The position numbers and the translations under genes were made by a program. From an uncultured delta proteobacterium (GTDB taxonomy: Bacteria > Desulfobacterota > WTBG01 > CAIYCZ01), in contig CAWDOY010000003.1 of the NCBI GenBank assembly GCA_963803975.1, positions 224,001 through 288,000 on the forward strand: DNA of 64,000 bases. The letters run 5' to 3'. Shown here piece after piece: positions 25,389 through 37,265 of the stretch. The notes under the pieces are model-generated. The model had not been told where the DNA came from. It saw only the letters and a list, made by a program, of their open reading frames with translations, and made no database searches. Numbering within the stretch: position 1 is the first letter of the stretch; every line of letters starts with the position of its first letter.

Positions 25389-26150
25389 TTAACATTCTTC
25401 ACCCAGATAAGCGCCAATAACATTCTTATTGGTCTGAATAGCAAGCGGGCAGCCTTCAGCTATTTTGTTCCCCTGGTCAATGACGATGATGTTTTCCGAG
25501 ATTTCCATGACCAGTTCCATATCGTGCTCTATGATGACAATGGTTATGCCCTGCTGCTGCAGTTTTAAAATAAGCGTTGCCAGCTCTGCAGTCTCATGCG
25601 CGTTAAGCCCTGCTGCCGGTTCATCAAGCAGCAGAATTTCCGGGTCTCCGGCAAGGGCCCGGGCGATCTCCAGCAGCCGCTGCTGGCCAAAAGGCAGGTT
25701 CCCGGCCATTTCAGGCGCCCGTTTCTCAAGCCCCACCAGCTGCAGCACTGCCATTGATGTTTCGCTGATAGCAGCCTCTTCTTTTTTAAATGCTTTAGTT
25801 CGAAACGCTGCACCGAATATCTCGGTGCGGCCTTTTTTATGGCTCCCCACCTTTACATTGTCCAGTACGGTCATATTGTCAAACAGATTCACGTTCTGAA
25901 AGGTCCTGACCATGCCCCGCGCCGCGATAGCATGCGGCTTGAGCCCGAATATCGGCTCATTTTTGAAGATTATCTGCCCTTCATCAGCTTTGAGTACGCC
26001 GCTGATCAGATTAAAGGTGGTAGTCTTGCCGGCACCATTCGGCCCGATGATGGCTGCAATTTCGTTTTTCTTAACCTCAAAGGAGAGGTCATTAACGGCA
26101 ACAATGCCGTCAAACTTTTTCAGTAAATGTTTGACAACCAGAAACGGCAT
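25389..26150 (-). CDS. livG: ABC ATP-binding protein, LivG-like
   Basis: GPNGAGKTT, RTFQN, LEIARAL, DEPAAGL, EHDM, AYLG. Confidence 0.92.
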   Translation of the reverse strand: MPFLVVKHLLKKFDGIVAVNDLSFEVKKNEIAAIIGPNGAGKTTTFNLISGVLKADEGQIIFKNEPIFGLKPHAIAARGMVRTFQNVNLFDNMTVLDNVKVGSHKKGRTEIFGAAFRTKAFKKEEAAISETSMAVLQLVGLEKRAPEMAGNLPFGQQRLLEIARALAGDPEILLLDEPAAGLNAHETAELATLILKLQQQGITIVIIEHDMELVMEISENIIVIDQGNKIAEGCPLAIQTNKNVIGAYLGEEC

Positions 26151-26238
26151 ACGGTTACTTTTTCTCTGACATGAACGGTAACCTGAGCGTGAAGTAAACG
26201 TTTGCAGTGTTTGTCTTCAGCGACCGGCAGCACGCCAC

Positions 26239-27234
26239 TCAGACAACCGGCGCATTGCGCTCTTTTATGATGAGGTGTGAAAGGGCCTGCTTAATCTTCT
26301 GCGACTGGGTAAAAATCATTACCAGAATAAGGATAATCCCGTACAGTGCCATTTCGAGGTCCGAGGTATTGAGGCTGGGAGAAAAAGAACCAAGAACTCT
26401 CAGCAGCTCAGGCAAAACAGCCAGGCTCACAGCGCCTAACAGCGCTCCCCACATGGTATGCATGCCGCCAACCACCACCATGGTGACTAACTTTATTGAA
26501 AAAACAAAATGACATACATCGTCCGGGTTAACATAAAAAAGCGGTGAGGAATGGGCATACAAATACCCGGCAAACCCTGCATATACCGCACTGAGGACAA
26601 ATGTCTTGAGTTTGCAGCGATAGGTGTTGACACCAAGAACATTGGTCACCACCTCGCTCTTATGAATTGCCAGCAGCGCCCGGCCAAAACGGGAATTGAC
26701 CAGGTTATTACTCAATATGAAAATTATGAAGGTGAGCGCCCATATGAAATAGTATTGCGTAATATCATTATCAGTAACCAGCCCCAAAAAGTTGAGCGGG
26801 GGTATGTTCGGGATGCCGCCCGGGCCACCCGTGATATCAAAAGGATTGGCCCTGAGAATTGCATGGATGATGAGCCCGATGCCGAGCGTTGCCATGGCAA
26901 GATAGTGCTCTTTTAGTTTCAGGGTTGGTATGCCAATAAGAAAGGCGAGCCCCCCTGAAACCATAATAGCCGGCACCAAAGAGAGCAGCGGGGAGATGCT
27001 GAACTGTGTTGTCAATATTGCAGAGGTGTACGCACCGGCTGCAAAAAATGCGGCATGACCAAGTGAGATCTGCCCCGCATAGCCCATAAGCAGGTTGAGA
27101 CCTATGACCGCGATGGCATAGATGCCTGCTATAGACAGAATTGCAAGATAGTAGGAGAGCTCATTCTTAAAAAAGAACGGCAGTATTATTATTACCGCAA
27201 GCAGCACGGTGTAGCGAATGGCCTGAGATTTCAT
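26239..27234 (-). CDS. livM: ABC permease, LivM-like
   Basis: GYAGQISLGHAAFF, YLAMATL, TGGPGGI, MVVVGG. Confidence 0.9.
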   Translation of the reverse strand: MKSQAIRYTVLLAVIIILPFFFKNELSYYLAILSIAGIYAIAVIGLNLLMGYAGQISLGHAAFFAAGAYTSAILTTQFSISPLLSLVPAIMVSGGLAFLIGIPTLKLKEHYLAMATLGIGLIIHAILRANPFDITGGPGGIPNIPPLNFLGLVTDNDITQYYFIWALTFIIFILSNNLVNSRFGRALLAIHKSEVVTNVLGVNTYRCKLKTFVLSAVYAGFAGYLYAHSSPLFYVNPDDVCHFVFSIKLVTMVVVGGMHTMWGALLGAVSLAVLPELLRVLGSFSPSLNTSDLEMALYGIILILVMIFTQSQKIKQALSHLIIKERNAPVV

Positions 27235-27248
27235 AGCGAACAGTATCT

Positions 27249-28112
27249 TTATCCTCTGCCAATAATTCCCTGGGGCCGCAGATAGAGAACGATAAGGAGA
27301 ATGGAGAAGGCAATGGCGTCTTTGTATCCGGAAAAGACAATATTGCCGAATGTTTCCAGAAGCCCGAGGCTTATGCCGCCGAGTATGGCGCCCGGGCCGC
27401 TTCCCAGCCCTCCCAAAATAACTGCACAGAACCCTTTAAGGCCCAGTTCTGTTCCCCGGTTCCATGAAATCTGCGTTGTCGGTGTAACCATGATGCCTGC
27501 AACCGCCCCCATAAGTGCGCTCAGCCCGAAAGACAGCAAAGACATCCGGTCCACATCAATACCTACAATATGGGCTGCCTCTCTGTTTATGGAACAGGCG
27601 CGCATGGCCTTTCCCATCACCGTGCGGCGAAAAAAAATGGACAGACAGATCATGATAATGCAGGCCACGCCCATGATCCAGAGGCTCTGCACGGAAAGGG
27701 TGGCAGTAGATATTTTAATATAATCAGGCCCGGGAAATGACTGAAAGGTAAAGCTGTCTTTGGTGACAAAGGCGGCGCACGCTTTTATGAAAATTGAAAC
27801 CCCGATGGTAATAATGATGAGGGTAACAATATTTGCGTCTTTCACCGGCCTGATGGCGATGCGCTCGATGAGCAATCCTATGATTACAACCAGCCCGATG
27901 CTGATCAGTGCTCCGATGGGAAGCGGCAGATGATAGATGTTGCAGCAGGCTGCCATGAACATCCCGCCCAGCATGAGAAATTCGCCCTGGGCGAAGTTTA
28001 TTATGCCGGTGGTGTTATAGATGATATTATAACCGAGCGCCACGAGGGCATAGATGCTGCCGATAGTCAGTCCGCTCAGGATATACTGTACGATGGTATC
28101 AGATAGAGACAT
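27249..28112 (-). CDS. livH: ABC permease, LivH-like
   Basis: GSIYALVALG, INFAQGEF, GKAMRA, ILGGLG, RPQGI. Confidence 0.9.
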   Translation of the reverse strand: MSLSDTIVQYILSGLTIGSIYALVALGYNIIYNTTGIINFAQGEFLMLGGMFMAACCNIYHLPLPIGALISIGLVVIIGLLIERIAIRPVKDANIVTLIIITIGVSIFIKACAAFVTKDSFTFQSFPGPDYIKISTATLSVQSLWIMGVACIIMICLSIFFRRTVMGKAMRACSINREAAHIVGIDVDRMSLLSFGLSALMGAVAGIMVTPTTQISWNRGTELGLKGFCAVILGGLGSGPGAILGGISLGLLETFGNIVFSGYKDAIAFSILLIVLYLRPQGIIGRG

Positions 28113-28314
28113 GGTACATAGCTCTTTAACTTTACGGGGCCTTCACCGGCATAACCGCTGTCTGAGAGCCAAAGGATATAACACTTTGATACTGGCAAAG
28201 CAATGATAAATGAAATTTTTGGATATTGATTATTTGCCGCATTTGTATTATGATGCGCTAATTTTGTTGACTGGAAATATAACAATACCCTGTTCCTATT
28301 CTCCGCACAAAGCC

Positions 28315-30150
28315 ATGAGCGACACAAGCAGATACCGCGTATTACTGGGCAACGAAGCAATTGCCCGGGCAATTATTGAAAGCGGCTGTACGGTTTCCAC
28401 CTCCTATCCCGGAACCCCTGCATCTGAAATCCTCGAGTCCATTGCCCGGTTCCGGGATGAGGAAAACCTGAAAATCCATGTTGAGTGGTCGGTGAATGAA
28501 AAAGCCGCCTTTGAGGTTGCCCTCTCCCACAGCTACATGGGCGGCAGGGCTTCGGTTTCCATGAAACAGGTAGGTCTTAACGTAGCATCCGACTCTCTGA
28601 TGAGTGCGGCATACACCGGGACTATGGGCGGGTTTCTTATCATTGCAGCTGATGATCCCGGCCCCCACAGCTCTCAAACCGAACAGGACAGCAGAATGCT
28701 GGCCATGCTGGCAAAGGTGCCGGTGCTTGACCCGATTTCACCCGAGAATGCCATGGAACTGGTTGCACTGGGTTATCAGCTTTCGGAAAAATACAGCGTA
28801 CCGGTTATGCTCCGGCCCACCACCCGCATCTGCCACGCGCGGCAGAAGGTTTCAATCGGCGCTATAGAAAACCTTAAGCGCAAATCAAAATTCTCACGCG
28901 ATCCTAACCGCTGGGCAGCAACGCCCCGCTTCAGGTTGAAACTGCACCGGGAACTTAATGAGAAGCTGGCTGTTATCAGCGCCGAAAAAGCGTTACTCCC
29001 CAAAAGTCATCTTAAGAACCCTTCCTCCTGTAAGCACTGTATAATTTCTTCAGGGGTAGCATACGCGTATCTGTATGATATCCTCGCCGACCTGAATCTG
29101 CTTGAAGAAGTTTCCCTGTACCAGGTGCCCATGCCCTACCCCCTTTCTCTGAAAGCCCTGAACCCCGTTCTTGACCGGTTTGAAAACATTCTCGTAATCG
29201 AGGAGTCATACCCGGTCATAGAGATGCAGATAGGAAACTATAAGAAAGTCCTGGGACGGGTGAATGGCCCGGTGCCGCAGCAGGGTGAGATAACTCCTGA
29301 TGTATTATTTCCCCTGGTAAATAACTTTTTAAAGCGTCCGCACAAATCGCTCAAAATAATGAAAGAAGGGGGGCAGCGGCCAACCCTTTGCCCGGGCTGC
29401 GGTCACCGGGCGGCATTTTTTGCCATTAAAAAAGCCCTGCCCAAAGCCCTGTATCCCAGCGATATCGGCTGCTACACCCTTGGGATCAACCTTGACGCCG
29501 TCGACACCTGCCTGTGCATGGGCGCTTCGATAAACCAGGCTGCTGGTTTCTATCATTCGTTTCATATCAGCGGCAGCGAAAGCAGGTCCATCATTGCCAC
29601 TATCGGCGATTCGACTTTCATTCACTCGGGCATTACCGCCCTTATTAATTCAGTCTATAACCAGGCACGGTTTATTCTCGTAATCCTTGATAACAGCACG
29701 ACCGCTATGACCGGCAATCAGCCGACCGCGGCAACCGGCATGCTGCCTGACCGCTCACCGGGCACAAGCATCGATCTCGAGGTAATGGTGCGCGGCTGCG
29801 GGGTAGAGTTCATCAGGGTCATTGATCCGTATGAGGTGCTTGACTTTATTGTCCTGCTCAAGGAAGCGGAGCAGTATACCCGGGCAGTAGACGGCGGCAT
29901 AGCCGTCATTATCGCACGCCATGACTGTCTCATGAACAGGGATAAACTGCAGCCCCCGGAGCGGCATCCCCTGGTTGTATCAGCGGAATGTACCGGATGC
30001 CAGTACTGCATCATTAATTTTGAATGTCCTGCGCTGCAGTATGAACCAGGCAAAAAGAAGGTGGTTATTGACAGTGCGCTCTGTACCGGCTGCGCAGTAT
30101 GCCTTCACGTATGTCCGGTGAATGCAATAAAGACTAAAGGAAAAAAATGA
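28315..30150 (+). CDS. iorA: Indolepyruvate:ferredoxin oxidoreductase alpha subunit
   Basis: GNEAIAR, YPGTPASEI, NEKAAFE, DDPGPHSSQTEQD, LCPGCGHR, DIGCY, GDSTF, C-terminal ferredoxin. Confidence 0.94.
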   Translation: MSDTSRYRVLLGNEAIARAIIESGCTVSTSYPGTPASEILESIARFRDEENLKIHVEWSVNEKAAFEVALSHSYMGGRASVSMKQVGLNVASDSLMSAAYTGTMGGFLIIAADDPGPHSSQTEQDSRMLAMLAKVPVLDPISPENAMELVALGYQLSEKYSVPVMLRPTTRICHARQKVSIGAIENLKRKSKFSRDPNRWAATPRFRLKLHRELNEKLAVISAEKALLPKSHLKNPSSCKHCIISSGVAYAYLYDILADLNLLEEVSLYQVPMPYPLSLKALNPVLDRFENILVIEESYPVIEMQIGNYKKVLGRVNGPVPQQGEITPDVLFPLVNNFLKRPHKSLKIMKEGGQRPTLCPGCGHRAAFFAIKKALPKALYPSDIGCYTLGINLDAVDTCLCMGASINQAAGFYHSFHISGSESRSIIATIGDSTFIHSGITALINSVYNQARFILVILDNSTTAMTGNQPTAATGMLPDRSPGTSIDLEVMVRGCGVEFIRVIDPYEVLDFIVLLKEAEQYTRAVDGGIAVIIARHDCLMNRDKLQPPERHPLVVSAECTGCQYCIINFECPALQYEPGKKKVVIDSALCTGCAVCLHVCPVNAIKTKGKK

Positions 30151-30701
30151 AAGCTAAAAAATCTCTGCAGACGCAGATACTTATTTGCGGACTGGGCGGC
30201 CAGGGGGTCTTGTTTTTAACGCGCCTCATCAATGAGGCAGCAGTCCTTATGGGAGAAGACGTCATTTCTTCAGAAACACACGGCATGGCTATGAGAGGCG
30301 GGTCAGTGGTCTCCTATGTCCGCATCGGCAATTATAAATCACCCCTCATCAGGGCCGGCCAGGCTGATATCATTCTTTCGCTGGCAGAGCAGGAACTGGC
30401 ACTATATGCACATCTTCTGAAACAGAACTGCCAGATCTATGTTAATATGCCGCGCGGGAAAAAGTTCAATTCTATTCATGCCACCCGCATAGCAGAGGGG
30501 CTGGGGGCCCCGGTAATTACCAATCTGGTGCTCCTGGGATTTGCCGCGGCGCATGCGGGATTCCCTATAGACTATAACCTGCTCAAAAAAGTCCTGAAAA
30601 ATATCAGTCCGCCACGGGTCCTGGAGATTAACACCAGGGCACTGGAGGAAGGATTTAATGCCGCCCGAAACAGCCAGGGCAGCACTGCTCCTGGCTCATG
30701 A
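30147..30701 (+). CDS. iorB: Indolepyruvate oxidoreductase beta subunit
   Basis: GLGGQG, SETHGMAMRGGSV. Confidence 0.9.
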   Translation: MKAKKSLQTQILICGLGGQGVLFLTRLINEAAVLMGEDVISSETHGMAMRGGSVVSYVRIGNYKSPLIRAGQADIILSLAEQELALYAHLLKQNCQIYVNMPRGKKFNSIHATRIAEGLGAPVITNLVLLGFAAAHAGFPIDYNLLKKVLKNISPPRVLEINTRALEEGFNAARNSQGSTAPGS

Positions 30702-30754
30702 TTTCTGATACTGCTTCGCTACAACCGCTAACTGTGAGAGAAAGGTAAGACACC

Positions 30755-32027
30755 ATGTTTCAGCCAGAATTTGAGTCGATGCCCCGGCCAGAGCTGCGGA
30801 AACTTCAATTGCAGCGTCTTAAGGCAACACTGGACCGTATTACCGCGCACAATCCCTTCTATGCGGAGAAGCTTACCGGACTCTCATCCCGGGATATCAC
30901 CGCTCTTGAAGATATTCAGAAATTCCCCCTGATGACCAAAGATGATCTGCGCGTTGGCTATCCGTATAAATACGCGTGCGCTGATCAGCGGGAGTTCATG
31001 CGCATGCATATGAGTTCCGGCACCACCGGCACCCCGATCATAAACCCCTATACGCCGCACGATATCAGGCAGTGGGGAAACATCATGGCGCGCTGCTACG
31101 CAGCGGCAGGTATCGGCGAGCAGCGATGTAATACAGATTACCCCGTCATTCGGGCTTTTTAACGGCGGTTTTGGATTTCACTATGGTGCGGAGACGCTGA
31201 AGGCAATGATTATACCGATCGGCGCAGGCCGGACTCTGCTGCAGCTGCAGTTTATCAAAGACTTTAACGTCACTGCCATAACAGCAATTGCGTCCTACCC
31301 GCTGCGGCTGACCGAGGTGGCAAAAAAAGAGAATTTTGATTTCAGATCAACAAAACTCCGTGTCGGCATATTTGGCGCAGAGGTGTGGAGCGATGAGATG
31401 CGCAAACGCATCGAGGATGAGATGGGCATTGAGACCTTTGATATAATCGGCATGACCGAGACCGGCGGTGTCGGCCTCGGTATTGATTGCAAAGCGCACA
31501 GCGGCATCCACGTCTGGGAGGATGATTATTTAGTTGAGATAATTAATCCGGAAACCGGCGAGGTGCTTGGCGAGGGACAGGAAGGCGAAATGGTTGTGAC
31601 CACGCTGAACCGTGAGGGACTGCCGCTTATACGCTACCGGACGCGGGATGTCACCTCAGTCATAACTACCGGGAAATGCATTTGCGGCAGGACCTCGCTG
31701 CGCGTCAACCGGCTCAAAGGCAGAAATGATGATATGCTTAAAATAAAGGGCGTCAATTTTTATCCCCAGCAGCTTGAAAGCACCCTCATGAAGCACGCGG
31801 AAATCGGGAATCACTACCAGATAGTTCTTGAGAAGACCAAGGGCCGGGACACCATGACGGTTATGATTGAAACTAAGGCAGAAGTGAACTCCAACCTGTC
31901 AAAGGAAATTGATACTGAAATCTATGACCGGCTCGGGTTTCATGTGGACAAACTTGATTTTCTGCCTGAAGGAACGCTGCCTCGAACCCCCGGTAAAGCA
32001 GTCCGGGTGGTAGACAAGCGCAGCTGA
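30755..32027 (+). CDS. paaK: Phenylacetate-CoA ligase family protein (frameshift near 31120)
   Basis: SSGTTGTP, FGAEVWS, PLIRYRTRD, GRNDDMLKIKGVN, KAVRVVD. Confidence 0.88.
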
Positions 32028-32067
32028 ACGGGTAATACGCTATTTAAATTTATGATAAAAGGTCTGA

Positions 32068-32106
32068 AATAGCTTTGCTAACTATCTGGCAAAGCTATTT
32101 CTTTTC
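32068..32106 (+). terminator. Intrinsic terminator after paaK
   Basis: AATAGCTTTGC...GCAAAGCTATT followed by T-rich run. Confidence 0.6.
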
Positions 32107-32196
32107 TTGTCTTCCGCAGAACATTTTTATTCTTGCACTCTTGGGCATTTGTTGTATATTGAGCGCCACATTAAAAATGCGGGTTGAAATTCTACC

Positions 32197-33075
32197 ATGT
32201 ATCAGGAACACTTTTTTTTACCTTTTAATTTTTGCGGGCTAAACGAAGAACAATCAGCATGGGAAAATGCACGGACCGTTATTATCCCGGTTCCCTATGA
32301 TTTGACCACAACGTATATGCCTGGCACCCGCCTGGGGCCGCATGCTATTATCAAGGCATCAACCCAGCTGGAGCTCTTTGATGAAGAGCTGGGGAAAGAG
32401 CCGGCAGCGATCGGTATTCATACGCTGCCGGAGATTGAGGTGCTTACCTCAGGGCCGGCTGAAATGATAGACCGGGTTGAATCAGTTGCCGCGCGTGTGG
32501 CAGGCTCCGGCAAATTCCCAATCATGCTGGGCGGCGAGCACAGTATCAGCTTGGGCATGGTACGGGCACTTAAAAATGATCATCCTGACATGGGCGTGCT
32601 GCAGCTTGACGCTCATGCAGACCTGCGTGATAGTTATCAGGGGTCACGGTTCAATCACGCCTGCGTTGCCCGGCGCATGCAGGAACTGTGTCCGCTCATT
32701 CAGGCAGGCATTAGAAGCATCACCGCGGATGAATGGTCTTTTCTTAATAACTCCCCGGTGACATCCTTTTTCGCCCGTAACATGCACGCACGGGATGAAT
32801 GGCTGCCAAAGCTTATTGAAAAGCTGCCGCAAAAAATATATATTACCATTGATCTGGATGTGTTTGATCCTTCGCAGATGCCCTCGGTGGGAACACCGGA
32901 GCCGGGAGGAATGAACTGGTATGACGTGCTGCATCTGCTGCGTGCGGTAGCTGCACAGCGAAAGATTCTCGGGTTTGATATCGTTGAATTGTGCCCGCAG
33001 CCGGCAAATCCGGGACCTGATTTTTTAGCTGCCAAGCTGTGCTACAAGCTTTTGGGATATATTCATTGCCCATAA
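32197..33075 (+). CDS. speB: Agmatinase
   Basis: GGEHS, DAHADLRD, DLDVFDPS, GTPEPGG. Confidence 0.94.
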   Translation: MYQEHFFLPFNFCGLNEEQSAWENARTVIIPVPYDLTTTYMPGTRLGPHAIIKASTQLELFDEELGKEPAAIGIHTLPEIEVLTSGPAEMIDRVESVAARVAGSGKFPIMLGGEHSISLGMVRALKNDHPDMGVLQLDAHADLRDSYQGSRFNHACVARRMQELCPLIQAGIRSITADEWSFLNNSPVTSFFARNMHARDEWLPKLIEKLPQKIYITIDLDVFDPSQMPSVGTPEPGGMNWYDVLHLLRAVAAQRKILGFDIVELCPQPANPGPDFLAAKLCYKLLGYIHCP

Positions 33076-33101
33076 TTTTTAAATCATGAAAGGAGTCAGC
33101 A

Positions 33102-33647
33102 GTGGAGCTGGTACCCAAAAAAGTATTTTTTACCAAAGGAGCCGGTATACACCGGGATGAGCTTCGTTCCTTTGAGCTTGCGCTTCGTGATGCAGGCATC
33201 GAGAAACAGAACCTGGTATATGTATCAAGCATCTTCCCTCCCGGGTGTAAAATCATCCCTAAATCCCAGGGGCTGACCAAACTGCTGCCCGGCTCCATTA
33301 CCTATACGGTTATGAGCAGGTGCGCCAGCAATGAGCCCCGGCGGCTGATTGCCGCATCTGTGGGGTGCGCAGTGCCGACAGACAAGAAATGCTACGGCTA
33401 CCTGTCTGAGTATCACGCCTTCGGCGTTACCGACAAGCAGGCTGGTGATTATGCTGAAGACCTTGCAGCCGCTATGCTTGCGTCAACCCTTGGTCTGGAG
33501 TTTGACGAGGATAAAAGCTGGGACGAAAACAAGGAAGTGTACCACTTAAGCAATAAAGTTGTCCGGTGCCTCAACATTACCCAGTCTGCAATTGTCACCA
33601 AGAACGGCTACACCACCGTCCTTGCAGCCGCGGTGTTTTTGTTTTAA
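33102..33647 (+). CDS. pdaD: Pyruvoyl-dependent arginine decarboxylase
   Basis: SFELALRDAGI, NLVYVSSIFP (Ser-Ser cleavage site), GYLSEYH. Confidence 0.93.
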   Translation: MELVPKKVFFTKGAGIHRDELRSFELALRDAGIEKQNLVYVSSIFPPGCKIIPKSQGLTKLLPGSITYTVMSRCASNEPRRLIAASVGCAVPTDKKCYGYLSEYHAFGVTDKQAGDYAEDLAAAMLASTLGLEFDEDKSWDENKEVYHLSNKVVRCLNITQSAIVTKNGYTTVLAAAVFLF

Positions 33648-33714
33648 CGGTACGCTTTCATGTTTACCATTACCCGGCGTTAACCATTTCACCTTATTTT
33701 TATTGGAGGAACTG

Positions 33715-35154
33715 ATGAAAAAATTATTTACGCTCCTGTGTCTGAGCCTGCTCTGCACTGTTATCCTGTTACCCCTGTCCGGCTACACCTCACGCCTTGG
33801 TGCTGAAAGCACGCCGGCAAAGACCATAATCCTCCCCAGCTTTACCGAACTTGCAAAAAAACTGACCCCGGTCGCCGTTAATATCAGCACCTCGAAGATT
33901 GTTAAAGGGAGAAAATCCATGCGGCGGTTTGAACCGCCTGCAGGTGGCGAAGGGGATCCCTTTGGCGAAGATTTTTTCAAACATTTTTTCGGCGACATGC
34001 CGCAGCGCGATTACAAGCAGCAGAGCCTTGGCTCTGGATTTATTATTGATAAAGAAGGCCACATCCTTACTAATAATCATGTGGTGGCAGGCGCCGATGC
34101 AATCAAGGTTAAGCTTGCCAATGAAAAGGAGTTCGACGCAAAGATCATCGGCCGGGATGAAAAAACCGATATTGCGCTGATCAAAATAACCAATGCGCCC
34201 AATGACCTGCCGGTTGCAGTACTGGGAGATTCTGATACGCTTGAGGTCGGTGAATGGGTCATGGCTATCGGCAATCCATTTGGCCTGCAGGAAACGGTTA
34301 CCGTCGGGGTGGTGAGTGCTAAATCAAGGGCAATAGGTGCCGGTCCCTATGACGACTTTATTCAGACTGATGCATCCATTAATCCCGGAAACAGCGGCGG
34401 CCCGCTTTTTAATCTTAACGCGGAAGTAGTGGGTATTAATACCGCAATCTATTCACCCAGCGGCGGCAATATCGGCATTGGTTTTGCCTCGCCCATTAAC
34501 ATGGCAAAGAAAATTGTTAAACAGCTCAAGGATAAAGGCAAAGTCACCAGGGGCTGGCTCGGCGTCATAGTGCAGGAGGTCACCCCTGAACTGGCCAAAT
34601 CCTTTGGTATCAAGGAAGGAAAAGGAGCTCTGGTCGGGGATGCGGAAAAAGGCGGGCCGGCAGATGTGGCCGGCATCAAACAGGGCGATGTGATTATCTC
34701 GTTTGACGGAAAAGCAATAACAAAGATGGCTGACCTTCCCCTCATGGTTGCTGAAACAGCAGTGGGTAAACAGGTAACGGTAAAAATTATACGGGAAGGA
34801 AGTGAAAAAATCTATACGGTAAAGATCGGTGAACTCAAAGACAAAGAAGCCTCTGCAACTGCTGAAGAGGGAGAGTCAAATCTCGGGCTGTCTGTGGATG
34901 AAATAACGCCTGAAACAGCACGCCGCTATGGCCTGTCTGAAGAGGACGGCATCCTGGTCATGCAGGTTGAGCCGGGCAGCCCTGCTGATGAAGCTGGCAT
35001 GAAACGGGGAGATATCATTAAGGAGGTTAACCGGAAGAAGGTTAAAACCATAGCCCAGTTCCAGAAATCAATTGAAAAAAGAAAATCCGGTGAAAGCATA
35101 CTGATGCTGATTAAAAGGGGACGAAATTCTCTCTTTCTTACGGTCAAACCTTAA
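33715..35154 (+). CDS. degQ: DegQ/DegP serine endoprotease
   Basis: GGAGG RBS before MKKLF; SLGSGFII, TNNHVV, QTDASINPGNSGGPL, two PDZ domains. Confidence 0.92.
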   Translation: MKKLFTLLCLSLLCTVILLPLSGYTSRLGAESTPAKTIILPSFTELAKKLTPVAVNISTSKIVKGRKSMRRFEPPAGGEGDPFGEDFFKHFFGDMPQRDYKQQSLGSGFIIDKEGHILTNNHVVAGADAIKVKLANEKEFDAKIIGRDEKTDIALIKITNAPNDLPVAVLGDSDTLEVGEWVMAIGNPFGLQETVTVGVVSAKSRAIGAGPYDDFIQTDASINPGNSGGPLFNLNAEVVGINTAIYSPSGGNIGIGFASPINMAKKIVKQLKDKGKVTRGWLGVIVQEVTPELAKSFGIKEGKGALVGDAEKGGPADVAGIKQGDVIISFDGKAITKMADLPLMVAETAVGKQVTVKIIREGSEKIYTVKIGELKDKEASATAEEGESNLGLSVDEITPETARRYGLSEEDGILVMQVEPGSPADEAGMKRGDIIKEVNRKKVKTIAQFQKSIEKRKSGESILMLIKRGRNSLFLTVKP

Positions 35155-35187
35155 GTGGTACACGCGGTAACACGGCCGCAACCATAG

Positions 35188-36504
<1,317 letters not shown>

Positions 36505-37183
36505 ATGGACTTTTTGAGAGACCAGTTTAAGAATAGAGAAAGGCAGCGTGAACGAATCCAGATGGTTGAAGAGCAGCTGAAAGCACGGGGCATCTCTGAT
36601 CCAAAAGTGCTGGCTGCCATGGAAACCGTCCCCCGTGAAATGTGTGTGCCTGAAGAGTACCTTGATTCCGCGTACAAGGATGGGCCGCTTCCTATCGGCG
36701 AAGGGCAGACGATTTCCCAGCCGTACATGGTAGCGCTCATGACCCAGTGCCTCGAGTTGACCGGCACGGAACGGGTACTTGAAATCGGCACCGGTTCCGG
36801 CTATCAGATGGCAGTGCTGCTTGAAATTACACCGCAGGTCTACTCCATTGAGCGACTGCCGGCATTAGCCCACCGGGCACGGGAAAATTTGAAAACACGC
36901 GGCTATGATAACCTGCATATAAAAATCGCCGATGGTACCTGCGGGTGGCCAGAGGAAGCCCCCTTCGACGGCATTATTGTTACTGCCGGCGCACATGAAA
37001 TTCCCGCTGACTCTTAAGGAGCAGCTTGCCGACGGCGGTCGGCTGGTAATCCCCGTGGGGCCTCGTTATTCCCAGTCATTGTACCGGGTGACCCGGAGAG
37101 GGAAACAGTACCTGGAAGAGGAGTTTACGGCCTGTGTCTTTGTTCCGCTGATTGGCCGTTATGGGTGGAAAGAAGACAGCTAA
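36505..37183 (+). CDS. pcm: Protein-L-isoaspartate O-methyltransferase (frameshift near 37005)
   Basis: [47 protein letters not shown]. Confidence 0.94.
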
Positions 37184-37265
37184 AATTAATATTCCAATAC
37201 ATCAGGATTCTTTTCTCAGTGCTGGATTTACTGAGCAGCACATCAACGTAGGCAGAGGACCAGCT

